A stretch of DNA of 64,000 bases. Origin: Zancudomyces culisetae HAW-14-8. Lineage: Eukaryota > Fungi > Kickxellomycota. The stretch lies in the NCBI GenBank assembly GCA_052426225.1, contig JBNJNM010000012.1:1054001-1118000 (forward strand). Direction: 5' to 3'. Of the stretch, positions 15,960-31,017 are shown one piece after another; position 1 is the first letter of the stretch; each line of letters starts with the position of its first letter. Made by a program: the position numbers and the translations under genes. The notes beneath the pieces were generated by a model. The model searched no databases, was not told where the DNA came from, and worked only from the letters and a program-made list of their open reading frames with translations.

Positions 15960-18559
15960 ATGAATCGATCCAAACATCCGAAATCCAAGGTTACGAAGCT
16001 CAACGCTGACAATACGACCATTTCCAAGCCCAAGAATGTCAGGTAATCAAAAAATAAAATAAAATAAAATAAAACATTTGTTGCTTTGTCCCACACCTTT
16101 TCTAATTACATACCTCTCGCTCTAAATATATATTGATACTTACTTTTATCTTTATCTTTATTTTTATTTAATTTTTTTTAAAAAATAATAGTAATACCAA
16201 CGATATCAAGAATACACAAAGTATAGCCAATTGGGAAATAATATTCTTTACATTTGCCACAGCCAGGCTGGTTGCCGCCTTAACTGCTCCTATGCAGGAT
16301 TGCGACGAGGTCTACAACTACTGGGAACCGCTACACTTTTTAACCTTTGGATTTGGTAAACAGACTTGGGAAAATACCACCAACTACGCATTACGCTCGT
16401 GGTTCCCCATGCAGGCGTACCACCTTTTGATCCGCCTCGTTGATGTAGCCCTCTTTGGGGTTCGGACCAAAATACAGGTATTCTATATAACCAGAATCAT
16501 AATTTCACTCACCACCGCTCTCTGCGAGTCTCTGTTTGTGTTAGCTATATCTAAATGGTGTCGATATCATGGAAATGGCGTGGTCTTTGGTCCGCGTGTG
16601 GCAACTTATACCTGGGGGTTTCTGCTTTTTGGCGCTGGGATGTATCACGCTGGTGCTTCGCTACTCCCGGGAACTTTTTCCATGCATCTCATCATGCTTG
16701 CGTATACTTTTGCTATCCTGCCAAGTGATCAAACTACTCATCAAAACATCCCAACTGGTAAAATCAATAACAAGAACAATAACAACACTGTGAATGTGGC
16801 CGCAACTGAAACTACAACTGCAACTAAAACTGCAGCTGTTAATTCTCATCGTGGTAGATCCAAAGTACGTAGTAAAGCCAAGATTTGGATAGGCCTTTCC
16901 TGCTTTGCATTGGCAACGGCTGTTGGGTGGCCATATTCCTTTGTTCTAGCCATCCCACTTATTCTCCAAGAACTTGTTTCTGATTTTGTTGTTGAAAAGT
17001 TGCAAGCTAAAAACTCGCTACTGCAACGAATAAGCTCATCGATGCGTAAAATAGTGGTTCCAGGTGTTGTGGTCGCACTGCTTTCTCTACTACCCGCAAT
17101 TATAGTTGACTCGTACTACTATGGAAGGTTTGTAAGTACCACTTTTAATCAGGTGGCTTATAATGTCCTTCCCTCTCTGTTTATTTTGCTAGCGCCATTA
17201 CCGCCATCACATCCTTTTTCAAATACTAATTCCTCCAAGATCTCTCCGCGTGATTTTGGCCCAAATTTATATGGAACTGAGCCTTGGAGCTACTACTTGG
17301 TTAATGGCGCCATTAATTGGAATATTGCCTTTGTTTTGGCAATTTTTGGATTACCAATATTACTTTCCCTCTGCTATGTGCTACAAACTGCGTCTGCCTA
17401 TGTTTTGCCTACTGGATCTACGGCTAAACAACAAACTCAGCCCAGTTTACCATCCACTACAACGAAAAATAAGAGTGAAACGCCTGAATCTGCCGCAGCT
17501 AGCTCCACCCGCTCATTTACAACGCTCGCATTCTTGGATGTTATCTACAAAATAGCCCCACCGTTCATTATGCTGGCCATTTTATCTTCTCAGCCACATA
17601 AAGAGGAACGGTTTTTGTACCCTATTTATCCTTTGTTGTCCCTAAATGCTGCTATATGTTTGGAATTCATTCATTCGTCCTATTTACAGATCTCCAACCT
17701 AGTCCTGCACCTCTTTTCGCCGAATCAACAAAATGAAACAGATAAAAATACAATCTCAAGTAGTAAACCACACTCTTCTTGCCTTCTAAACGTACTAGTG
17801 TGGACCATCATTGGTGCTTCAAGCATTATTAGCGTTTCGAGATCTTTTGCGCTGTACCACAACTACTCCTTTGCCACGGACATTTTTACCTCTTTTTATT
17901 ATTCCGAATCGGTTCCTACTACGAGCACCAAGAGTGAAAATGTCAAAAAAGATAGAAGTGCTTTATTTGGGATGCCAAGACTCAATCTCTCCTCGCCAGA
18001 ACCAAACCCTCCAAGCACCTCACGAGTCCGTTCTCGTGAATTCAAGACTGTATGCATGGGTGGTGATTGGTACCGATTTCCATCACACTTTTTTCTACCA
18101 CCGCAGTTTAAACTTGAGTTTATTACTTCAGATTTCACCGCACAACTACCTGGAAACTTTATTCCCACCTGGCAGAGCGGATCTGCACAACACTCCATCT
18201 CCACATTTGTCCCAGATGCCAACTGTCTAAATAAATTTGAACCCTCTCATGTGTTGGACCCAATTGTAGGTTCTGATGCAAATCCACCATCTCGTTTACC
18301 TTTGCATCAACTGTGCGATTACTTGGTTTTGTCCACCCTGGATCCAAATTCCTCACCTCTACACTCCACGTATATTGCTACTGATCCCAACAATTGGTCC
18401 GTTGTCACTTGCTACCCTCTGCTCAACCCCCATACTTCACCTGTGTGGCTTAGAGTTTTTTACTTTGGTCCCTTCGTTACAAACCGCTTGATTTCCTTGC
18501 TTAATCTAGACTCATCCAAGTTTTATGGACAATATTGTTTGTACAAAAGCTTGTCATGA
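15960..18559 (+). CDS. ALG9: Alpha-1,2-mannosyltransferase Alg9 (GT22); exons 15960-16042 and 16192-18559
   Basis: DCDEVYNYWEPLH, QTWE..YALRSW, GPNLYGTEPW, QPHKEERFLYPIYP, WYRFPSHFFLP; several Ser/Thr-rich insertions. Confidence 0.93.
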
Positions 18560-18965
18560 CTTTTTTCTTCAAAGCGGCAATAGAAATTAACAATCCCCCA
18601 CATCCTTGTACTTTATCCAAAATCATCGTTATTTTATCTCATCATTCTTATTTTATTATTCAAATGGTTTTATGTTTATGTTTTTGCACGTTTTGAAAAT
18701 CTTGGAATTAATCAGTTTTTTTTGATTTTTTTTTTTCAAGTTCAATTTCATAAACTTTTATTTCGTAGTTTAATACTCCTCTGAGTTTTGTGTCTACACT
18801 TTTTTGAATTATCAAAGTACATTACGAACTACCTGGTTATAAACCAAATCAGAACTAGCCATAAATTTCAACACCGAGGCGCGGAGTTTCGATCAAAATT
18901 CTAGAATCTGAACAAAAAAAACAAAAAAACAAAAAAACAAACTAAACACAGCAATACACACGAAT

Positions 18966-20137
<1,172 letters not shown>

Positions 20138-21011
20138 TTCGTGGCACGTTTTCCACATATAGTGCACTTGTGAATATGTATTTTATCCTAATTGGGCTAT
20201 TCAAATAAATAACCAAAGCAAAAAAAAAAGTTTGAAAGTGAAACTTTAATATCTAGAATCCCTGGCCTAGATCTCTCATTAAATAGCTTTTTTTTCCTGA
20301 TTTGTTATAGAAAAATATTAATATGGGTTATATAAAGAGTTCCAGATAATTAATAAACCTATCAGTTTTCAGGTACACATATATACTCAACGCCTCATAG
20401 TATCCATTTGATTGAATATTACGCTCTGCTTAATTCAGCATGTTACTTGTTTATATTAATGGGTCCTTTTTTGGAGGAGGTGTAAAAATAGTAACAAAGA
20501 AATAGTTTTGATACTACACACATTAAAACTTGGGTATTGAGGTTATTCATTTTTCGCTTTTCTAAAAAAGAAAATACCAGCATTAAATATCAACATTAAA
20601 TCCCAATTGGCACCCCCCGACGGTTCCGCTGGTTACAACTATATTTCTTTATAGCACAAGATTTACTACACGGCTTTATCGTATTTCTATTAGATATTGA
20701 GGAGGAAACAAAGATAACGTTCAAGAAAATTTTCGATATATTAGAGCATTGGGAGTGTTGATAAAAAGGCGAGAATCAATCGTATTAAGTAGCAGCAACT
20801 CTAGTATACCGAACAGGAGGAAGGTGTGAGGTATGAGAGAGGGTAGTTACAAATTTTTGCGGCAAATAAACTAAACTAGAGTTAATGGTAATCATGGTAA
20901 TAAATAGAGTAGAATAACACCATTTTCAGAAAAACTTCGAGCTAATAGCAGCTATATTAACAAAAAGAGGATAGTCGTGGTAAAGGCCAGATACTGCATG
21001 AACGAGAGACA

Positions 21012-22323
21012 ATGTTTAAATCGACAAAAATCGAACAGGGCTTATACTCTAGTGTAGAGATATTGAAGGATTATCTGGGTATTTGCATTGCTTTCTTTTT
21101 ATGTATTCTATTCAAATACGCTTTACGCAAAGACTATATAATAACTATCTGATTCTCTCAAGTTCTATCTATCAGATAAGAATGAGATAATATTTTATAT
21201 CTGTACGCATTTCGCACTTGCATTTTTAATTATGTTGGTTGAACAGTTTGTGAAAATATTCTCAAGTTTATATCAAATTATAGACTCAAAGCTGGGGCGT
21301 AGCAAATACATACCAAAGGAGCTTATAAAATCTAGTAAGGGTATAGTTATATTCAGCGAACATAGGCGTGGGTTTGGAATTGAAAGCAGAACCGGCTCAG
21401 GGATTGTAATATCAAGGTACTAACTACCTTTTCTTTTTTTAAAAAATAAAGTCAGGACTGGTATACAATAGCTTTTACACTATGTTATAACAACTGGTTA
21501 TTAAACATGTTATGTGTAATTTAATATAATTTTAGACTACCAAATGGAGGCAAGTAAATGATACCGCTCTTTTAATCAAATAATACCACGAAAACACTAT
21601 TTTCCTTCACTATACTAATGTGTTTCAATAGTATACCTTTAATAGCAGTAAATATATGTATAGATTGGTCTGCCCCATCAATGATCAAAGTCACCAGCGT
21701 TGGAGTTGGTGCGCTGATAGGATCTTCGTGGTCTGACTATATCATTTTTCTAAAGTCAGAAGATCAAGTCAATACTTTTAAAAAAAAGACATCGATGAAC
21801 CTTACATTTTGTATAAATGGTAAGCACAAATAGTAAATCCTATATTTACCTACATGGAAATTATGTGCCATTTTTCTTTTGTTTTGTCAGATCCTGCTAA
21901 AATAGTGTGGTAAGATCATTATCTGAAAATTAGCATGGGGGGGGGGAGGGTAGTCAGAACTAATAACAATGCAAAGTTTAAAAACAATATTAGTCTAGTA
22001 TATATCTGAACAAACTCAAATCTAACTATGAATCATTAGGGTCTGTTGGGAAAATCGGTAGATTGACAGAAGTTATTTTAAACCCCAAATTTTCGCCACC
22101 GCTGGTCTCCTATTGCAAAAGCAGAGGTCTGTACTTTGGCATTTCTTTTGGGGCATTGCTTTTTAGAGAGAACACAAAGGCAAATGTCGAGTTTTATGGC
22201 AGTAAAATACACCCAGAACAGCTGCTAAGTGGGGAAGTACTTTCTGTCAAGGACGCAAGACTATTATACAAAACATTAAACCATGAGGGAAGTATATATT
22301 CTATTCTGGCGTTGTTTGAGTAA
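21012..22323 (+). CDS. SYLF/Ysc84 actin-binding-domain protein without SH3; 5 exons including a 14-nt microexon
   Basis: IPKELIKSSKGIVIF, GSGIVISR-LPNG-DWSAPS, GVGALIG, SYCKSRGLYFGISF, NVEFYG..PEQLLSG. Confidence 0.8.
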
Positions 22324-22777
22324 CGGTACTCTGAAATATATCACATATTCTATAATGACTAGCTACCCTTAGTCTTTCTGTAAAAAGAAATATGCACGTT
22401 TCGGATGAATCAAGATATGACATCACCCAAGACCATAAAGTTAGCAACTATGTCTTATTTTTTTGTATCGACTTTTTTGTTGCTGGTGTTTTTACTTGAC
22501 TGATAATAATATATCAACTTGTGAGCCACCTCAAATGTCGAGAAAAAGGGACAGTATACAGGCATTTCATACCACGAACATAAGGATTCAGGTTAGTTTA
22601 TTAGAGCTAGGTAATCGTTAAAATAAAATTTTCGAGTAAAGTGCAAACTATAACAGCTCATGAATTCGTTTTTACGTACAAGCGTTTATACTACTTGCAT
22701 TAATTTAAACGAAATAACACATTTTAATCAAGCGACACAGCCAAATATTAGTTGTAAGGAGGAGTGATAATGCCAGC

Positions 22778-23929
22778 CTACAAAGAAAGTGCGTTCCAGT
22801 TGTTAATAAAGTTACATATTCCTGCAACAGTTCCGGCAATTCCAATGGCTACATCGGGTACCACAACACCAACTGATGACCAATGTAGGGTCAATGGGAA
22901 GAATGCTGCATTCGAGATTAGTGCACGCTTCCAAGTTGCCTCGCGAGCTTTCAAGACCACCAACTCCTCTTGAACCTCCTCCGCATCAAGGGATGCATTA
23001 CTCAATACTTTGGATCGCTTGGCCTGAATCTCTCTGTATGAATCAAAGAGTTTAACAAAGTTCAAAGCTACCCAGGTTCCCCAGAATCTGCAGGCAAGTA
23101 AAAAGTATCTGGGAGCATCGCTTACTGGAACTGGTATCAATTCATTCTGGATGAGCCAGAACATGCGCTCCAATGGATAAAACGCAAGCATAGACAGACT
23201 TTGAACAATGTTTGTTGCTCTAATAAGCCTTGATTTATCTGGAGTAAGAAGCCCTGTTATACACGCATTATATAGCGGAACTAATGTCAGCATTCTGGCC
23301 ATTATACGGTGTGCAGACAGCATTACAGACAATTTTGTAACTCGTTGTGCCCAGTCCTTCTTTTGACGTTTCAAAAGCAGCCATCCAAGTACTCTTGTTG
23401 AGTATTGTGCAATCTATGCGTTGTATAAATTTTTTTAGAATATATTCTGTAAATTGTTTAAATAATGATTTAACTGGTACAAACACAATCATTCTTTCAA
23501 ATAGGGTAGATGCTGCGATTCCAAATGTCGCTTTGCTGAATTATCATATTTACTTCACCCAGGTAAAACATAAATGTTCGTAATACATCCAAATTAGGCA
23601 TGTTTTCGGAACCATGACATAGGTTATTTAAAGGCGCACCATTACATGTAATGGGTCTTTTATGGATATGCCATACAATAAAAACGACAATATATACACA
23701 TTGACGCAGAGATGTAACTTGTTCATGCTTAGTAGGCATATAAGGTTAATATAAATAGCACATATATTACCATTAGAATATTGTCGCAGCCAAGATATGT
23801 TGTAAAGTACTTGACAAGCTTATTCAAAACGATCTTTCTCTGATTCATTGCTGGATAAACCTTCATAGCCTTTTTTCCCTTGCCTTTCTGCTCCTCAACA
23901 ACTACATTTTTGCTTTTTTCGGATGTCAT
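22778..23929 (-). CDS. Peroxin Pex11 family; 2 exons (intron 23770-23414)
   Basis: GCDNILM/IAQYSTR..KLSVMLSAHRIMARM, FYPLERMFWL, ACRFW, PLTLHWS, GIAGTVAG. Confidence 0.8.
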
Positions 23930-25307
23930 TCTGTTCTTAGTGCTTCTTGTTTGAACTAGTACTGCTATTACTCGCTGGTGTTTAGTTTTTTTTTTGTTAC
24001 TGCTTGAGCTGCCTTATTAATAGAAAAAAGCTTTATTGAATAGAAAAATATTAGTTTCAAGACGCGATATATTCTTTGATTTTAATATATTAATAATCTA
24101 ACCTAATAACCATCATATCAAGGCTTTTAATCAAAATAATGTTTTATGTTATTTTCTCCCATCAATTTTTTAAATGATGTTTAAACCATTCAAAAAGCTT
24201 GGGGATGTAAATAATAGAATAAAAACAAAGATTTGACTTTTTTTGGTGCGTATCTCCTTTCAGTTTTTTTTATAATCATCGTGAATATAACCTGAAACCT
24301 TGAAAACACAGCCAACCGCTTCAGAATTACCAATAACCTTTAAAATTGCTTTATGTGATTTTTGAAGACCTATCTTGAAATTAAGTAAAGTTGGTTAATT
24401 TGGGCTATCATAACAATTCATCATTCGAACAATCAAACTTTGATGATTTGACAAAAATAAGAAAGCAAAAAATCATCCGTGCATTTGATGGGAGTCTAAC
24501 ATGTGGTACATGAAACAAGGGATCATCATCTAATAATTTTGCCATTCCACTATACGCCTAAAACTAGTTGTAGAGTTCAGTAAAACAGGGGAAAGTAAAA
24601 TCGGTCTTTCAAGGCTTTGTAGTAAAAGGTCAGTCGCATTTGCATTTCTGGGATCTATCATCTTTATCTAATAAATCCTTTGTTTTATTATCGTAGTATC
24701 GGATTGGAAGCAAAATAAACAACAAAAAATGAAAGCATCAGCAAACAATATCAGTTGCTCTTGAATATCATACATCACATATCTTTATGGTATTATTATT
24801 TATCCATCTTAACAATATTAAAGTAAAAAAAAGTGAAACTAGAACTAAAACTAGAACTAGAAATACAGCCAGAACTACTTTGAGCGTGTTGCTTTGGCGT
24901 TTAGAATTTGGCCACTTACACTAAAAACCGAGTGGGTGGAATTACACCACACCTACCTTGCGTTTTTTGTACTCAAATCACTTTTTGCATTATCAGAAAA
25001 TTGTGTTGCTATTTAGCTCCAACTACTCATGTTTAGATATTACTCGCAACTTTAGGCAAAGTAGGGATAATATTCGGTGTTGGATAGACTTTGGACAAAA
25101 AAAAAAGACTTTTATTTGTCCCTCTTTAGAAAGATAAAAGCAAAGCTAGTAAAAATAAAAGGGGTAATTTTTATTTATTTCGACGATGAAGGTACAAGTC
25201 TCAATAGAGTCAAATAAGTAGAAAGAGTCAAACAAACACTTTTTTTATAGCATGTCACTAATAGTTTCGGATAAAAAGAAAGGTCAGTGAGCAACAGTAA
25301 CTAGAAT

Positions 25308-26954
25308 TTATTTGGTAGCAAACAGTGAGTCAATAAAGCCAAGTGCAATTCGCTCAATGGGAGCTTTATCTGGTAATGCAACAGCAGCACCATACAAAGC
25401 ACTAGACCCATGTATATACATATCAGGATTAGCTTTGATTTCATTTATTGAATCTTGGAGATCAGTTATGAATTTATCAGCAGCTTTTGTGGTAAAATTG
25501 GTGCAAGCCAAGTGCAACCCAGGAGGGTATTGAAGAGCAGAAAGAGACCAGGATCTTTTTGTCATTGCATCCAAAATAGAGTAGATATTAATTGGTGCAT
25601 GTGAAGAAAAGGCAATGACTGAGCAAATCGGTTCGCCAATGACATACAACCCCTCCATCTGTTCAATCGCACGCTGGATTTTTATTCTTGTGTTTACGAT
25701 GTCACGACAACTATTTATATAGCCTTGGCGACCCATTTTAACCATTGAAGCCCAGCATCCTGCAATAATGGATCCTGGACGTGATCCAGCCACTGATGGC
25801 GATGCATAAATTCCTCCTGGCCATCGTGTAGAAACAAAATATTGGCTATGTCTTAGCTCATTGTTTACGTACATTATTACGGACGACCCTTTGGGCGCAA
25901 ACCCGTACTTATGAGTGTCACACGAAATTGCAGTTACTCCGGAAACACGGAAATCAAATGTTGGGATCTGGAACCCAGCTTCGCACATAAAAGGCATCAA
26001 AAATGAGCCCAAACAACAGTCTACATGCATTCCTATACCATTAGATTTTGCTAGTTGACCCAAAGCTTGAATGTCGTCCATTACACCATGTGGGAAATTG
26101 ATAGCAGAACCGACTATCATGATAGTATCTCTGTTTATCGCACGTCGTACTGACTCTATAAACACTTTTCCGCTTTTAGGGTCTACTGGAATTGTTACCA
26201 ACTCTATTCCAAAATATTCACATGCCTTGTCAAATGCCACATGTGCTGTTGTGGGGATTATTAGATTTGGTTTTAAGATTGTTCTCTGTTTTTTTGCGTA
26301 ATTTAGATGAGCTCGCACCGACATTATTATAGACTCAGTACCACCAGAAGTGGTGGTACCGCAAGCAGTTTCGGGTGCGTTAAACATCTTCAGCGTCATT
26401 GAAATTATTTCAGCTTCTATCTGCCGCAAGCCTGGAAATAACGCGGGATGTAGTGGGTTCGACACATTAAAAATCTCCATGGCCTTGTTCGAAACATTCA
26501 GAACGGTGTCTATGCCGCAATATACTGCACCAGATGCCTTTCCCCCCTTCCAGTCAATATTACCTTCACCCCACCTAGCGTTGAGTACATTTACAATTTC
26601 CTCATCATTGTACCCTTCTTCAGGAAGTTCTAACAATTCCGAAGTATCTGAATTACCCCCCTTCTCTAAGAACCCCCGTCTAATGTCGCTGATCGCCTTT
26701 TCAACTTGGTCATCAATTTTCTTTTTTACTGCAGGCGAGCTCTTGAGCAAGCCAAACGCCCTTGTTTGAATATCTTTGTATATCAGATTTAATGATTCGG
26801 TCAAGCCATAAACATAAATATTTCGAGAAATCTTAAATACAATAGAGAGAAACCGAAGAAATGTTAGGAACCTAACCAAAAGAATGGCTCTGTCTACGAA
26901 TCTTGATCGAATGAGTTTTACTAGAAAGCTGTTTGCGTTGTTATCTACTTTCAT
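25308..26954 (-). CDS. DPL1: Sphingosine-1-phosphate lyase (PLP-dependent)
   Basis: SGAVY, NPLHPALFPG, TSGGTESI, HVDCCLG, SCDTHKYGFAPKGSS (PLP lysine), GSRPG. Confidence 0.96.
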   Translation of the reverse strand: MKVDNNANSFLVKLIRSRFVDRAILLVRFLTFLRFLSIVFKISRNIYVYGLTESLNLIYKDIQTRAFGLLKSSPAVKKKIDDQVEKAISDIRRGFLEKGGNSDTSELLELPEEGYNDEEIVNVLNARWGEGNIDWKGGKASGAVYCGIDTVLNVSNKAMEIFNVSNPLHPALFPGLRQIEAEIISMTLKMFNAPETACGTTTSGGTESIIMSVRAHLNYAKKQRTILKPNLIIPTTAHVAFDKACEYFGIELVTIPVDPKSGKVFIESVRRAINRDTIMIVGSAINFPHGVMDDIQALGQLAKSNGIGMHVDCCLGSFLMPFMCEAGFQIPTFDFRVSGVTAISCDTHKYGFAPKGSSVIMYVNNELRHSQYFVSTRWPGGIYASPSVAGSRPGSIIAGCWASMVKMGRQGYINSCRDIVNTRIKIQRAIEQMEGLYVIGEPICSVIAFSSHAPINIYSILDAMTKRSWSLSALQYPPGLHLACTNFTTKAADKFITDLQDSINEIKANPDMYIHGSSALYGAAVALPDKAPIERIALGFIDSLFATK

Positions 26955-28107
26955 TTTCTCGGATTTGGTGGTATAGTTTGATAAGTTTGATTTTTTTTAA
27001 CTATAACTTATTAGTTTGGCTATTTGATATTGTCCAAATCGGCAAAAATATAAATAAAACTAAAAATATAAAAATATAAAAATAAATACTAGAGAATACT
27101 TGAGCTTACTATGTTGTTGAAGGCGCTAATTTAACCTTCTGATATTTCTATACCTAGTTTTATTTGCTTCACATTGAGAATAAAAACAATAAAATTAACA
27201 AACTAACACCGACTGGTTTTAAACTACACAACACATCTAGTTTTTTGTGTTTAGAAAATTATTTTGGAAAGAAAGTCCGTTCTTTGATTTGAGGTAAACT
27301 ATTAGGGAATCAAAACAAAACGAATTTTGCATGCAACCCATTGGTAGATAATTTCTGAATTAGTATACTTCAAAAATAACTGGATGTTAATACACCCCCT
27401 TATTCGCATAAAAATGTTGTTTCAGCATGTGAAAGCGGAAATTTAGGAAAGTTAAATACAAATCAAATAAGCCAATTACAATCATCTGCGTTTACCATTA
27501 AGATTAAGATATTCAAAAGATGATGGAACATGAAAAGATATTAGCTGAATGCTGTATAAACCAATGTTTTATTTGTAACATGTTAGCCTGAAAAAACTCC
27601 GCCGAAGCCTATCTAGCTTCTCTATACCCACCGACCGTTCATTTAAAAAGATCGGTTCTTCTTGGAGTCAACCCAGGATAACCATCCCTGTTCGACGCAC
27701 CATATCTAAGAGGTATACTGTGTTCATCTCGATCAGGAATGGTATGATGGCTTCTCTTCTCCTTTTGATTTAAGTTCTAGTCACTCTCCTCCCAGCCAAA
27801 ACATTTTCTTACTTAGAAATTCTATTCCTTCTAATTATTTCCAGTAGAGTTATTTAATTTTAAAAGTTACAATACGCCAAATATATATGTTTATATATAT
27901 GCATATATATAATGACAGGATAATACTCTAAGTAGGATTACACATATTCAAGAGTGCTATCACTGTAATAAAAAATACTTGAACATCTTAATGACAACAG
28001 GTATAGTAAACACTACTGAGACTATCGAACAGTATACTCTGGTATGGCTAAGACAATGAGGAAAAATTGAAAAGAAAACATATGAAAAGTCAATACAAAA
28101 ATAATTT

Positions 28108-31017
28108 TCAGGAAAAAGAAATACTAGTGATAGCAGAAAAGGTGCCAGGAATACTGTGACGGGTAGAAACTGCAGCCAAATAAGTAGGCGATGACTGAAT
28201 CAACGTGAGTACATATGGGTTAAAGGTGTGCAAGTCACCATAATGGCATTGAAGGTAGGCATCACCAAATCTTGATCCATCATGTTCTAGGTACACAATA
28301 AACTGTGATTGCGTCGCTCTGGAGAGTAAAAATAATGACTGGCAGCGGTTAACTGGTGGGTTCATGGAGTATGAATAGAAACGGTCAAACGTAGGGTCTA
28401 TTGTTGTAACGGTGTTGTTTGAAGGCTTGAGGACTGGTGGTGTGTATGATTCTGATGGATTGTCCGCCAACCCATCACCATATTGTGGAATGGCATATCC
28501 ATAAACTGCAGTGTTTGTGGTTAATACTTCACAAACCTGTGAGTTTGGTGCGTTAACATACAAAAGAATTCCATTTGCCTTGTTTTTGTAACTTCCTGCA
28601 AAATCTGATGGGATATCCTTTGTAGAGTTGTATGAAGGGAAATCAATGTTGTGCGATTTGAAAGCATCCGCATATCCAAAGTTGGCGGCTGAAAGTGTAT
28701 AATTGAATCTATCAACTGCTGATTTCTTTCCAACCGCCGACGATAACGATATGTTTGGTACATCACCCCATATTTGATTTAACAAGCCGTCAATTTTTTT
28801 GTTTGATTGGAGTTCTATTGTCTCTTTTTGAGTGTCGAAATCAAGCGTTCCTTCGAAATAGACGTGAGCAGGATTTGTTGTGCTAAATGGTGTAATAAAT
28901 AATGACACCAAAAGCAAAACAATAAATACCAAGAAACTGACTCCTGAGCCAATAAGTACACCTTTTCTACCTGCTGTAACAATGAATGGCATTGATGTTC
29001 CAAATACTGTAGCAACCAACAATCCTATCAACACAATCACAAAGTATGACTTTGTTCCATCTATTACTGTTTGTGATAATCCACCGACCAATGTTGAGCA
29101 CAGATCTATAGTTAACAGTGCTGGTAACACAACAGCTACCAATAATCTGAACAACCATGAAACATATCTTAATACACAAGATTTTGAGACCCGTGGTTCG
29201 ACAGCATATGCCCAAAGTGCTGCTACAATACAACAGGCTGATGCGAATATCGTGTAGTATAACATACCAATTCCCTGGGCAATTGACATGACCAGTCCAA
29301 TAATCAATCCAAGCAACCATATGTACAACTGTGCGTACGACATTACTCGTGACCTAACAAATCTATCCTGTATCTTTGAGTATCCTCCAATACGATCTTC
29401 AACCACCAAGTACAGATACATTACAAGCCCAATTACTATAAGTGATGCAGCTGTAACAGTTGTAACTACAAGTGCCGTCAGCCCGTATACCGCAAGTACA
29501 TTTCCGGCTCCGTAAATCAACCCTACACAGAGACTCACAACTATTACCAAGAGCAACGCAAGCCCGCTAAACAAGAATGCGCGGAGAGTGCTTAGGAAGT
29601 ATATATGGCCATTAGCTCCCGGATGCGAGTGTGAGTAATAGTTATTCTTGTGAGACCTTTTTGAAACAATAAGCATGACTACTGATCCCGCAATTATAAG
29701 CGCAATAAACACTGCGTAGAGAACCTTGAGTGTTACAAAGCTAAATGAAACCATAGACAAATGCAGAATATCAAAGTACACAGATGGCATCTTGAGCGAT
29801 CCACGCTGCGAAGCCAGGAATTCACTATCATCGGCAATTGATTTTATAGCATTGAGAACTGTATCTCCTATTTGGTCTATGCTACCAGCTGGAGCATTGT
29901 CCAAATTAACATAGCTTGTGTGGTATACCGATCTGCGTTCGTAAAATGCAATATCCAATCCTGGTATTCCATATGCTGTGTATACTGAGTAATCAGTGTC
30001 TGAACTGATAAGACCCAGCGCAAACGCATCATTCGCAAATACATTAGCATGTGGTCTCCATTTGGTGATATACCCATTGTACTTTTTGGCATACCTACTT
30101 ACCAGATCCAAGTTTGATGCACGAAATACTATTGCTGGTTCTCCGGCCCCAGCTCCCTCCATGTTGATGAATGCTTTTACAGTTCTTGCCCATGGATGGT
30201 TAATAAATCCTAGTGTTCCATACAACCCTATCTCATCTCCATTATTGAAGTTGAACACTACTGTACTTTGAACTGGGTTTTAAATCAGATGTCGAGTTAT
30301 TTCTAAAATTATTCTACCATTTATACCATCGTCAGTTGCACCATAGCTGGTTTGTACCGAGTCTATATGACTAGTTATCAGCAATGCGTCATCAACCCTG
30401 TTGTTTTTTCCAACTATACGTGCTAATACGTTTCTACTTTCAACATATGAGCTTCTGAGCGCTGTTTTTTTTGCAAGCGGCGTCAGCAAAGGTTGTAGTC
30501 TAACATCAACACTCGAACATGCTACTGGGTCTGCAGAAACTATTTCCAATGTGATATTCTGTGCTTCTGCCAACTTTTGGTACTGCTTCAACACTCCAAT
30601 CAGGTACTGTCTTGGGTCCTCGTTTGCTGGTGAGTTCCATGGATGTGGATCACGCGCAAGATATCGCAAATGATTAAATGCAACCTCCGTTCTGAATTGT
30701 TTTATCGAGTCCCCAGGTGCTGGTGTGACATTTTTCAAAATTTGATAATCCATTGACATCGGCTTTAGTCCACTTGGAGTCGAGTATTTCATTCCCTATC
30801 TTCGGAAAAATATTACTACCAGTAGGACTACTGCATACACTGCATGTGTGCTAAGATAATAAAGTAGCGCCTCTGCTAACTTAGCTTTCTTTTCTACTTT
30901 TCTACTAAACACAGACTCATGTCCGCTGTCATGTCTTCTATTGCTGCTTTTGCCACCAGAGCCATGGCTATGCATACTGCCATCCGACTCGCTACGCTTT
31001 CTCCTATTATAAAGCAT
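28108..31017 (-). pseudogene. Vacuolar membrane metallopeptidase Pff1-like (M28) gene, one 970-codon frame interrupted by TAG (30796-30798) and TAA (30280-30282)
   Basis: The three track ORFs are in the same frame; motifs PHPWNSPAN, SHIDSV..GATDDG, FNNGDEIGL, INMEGAGAG, SDTDYSVY, GLDIAFY..YHT, then multi-TM region. Confidence 0.8.

Noticed and set aside
23639-23654. Perfect 16-bp palindrome CCATTACATGTAATGG in the long PEX11 intron
   Set aside because: About one palindrome of this length is expected by chance in 64 kb; no snoRNA boxes or guide nearby
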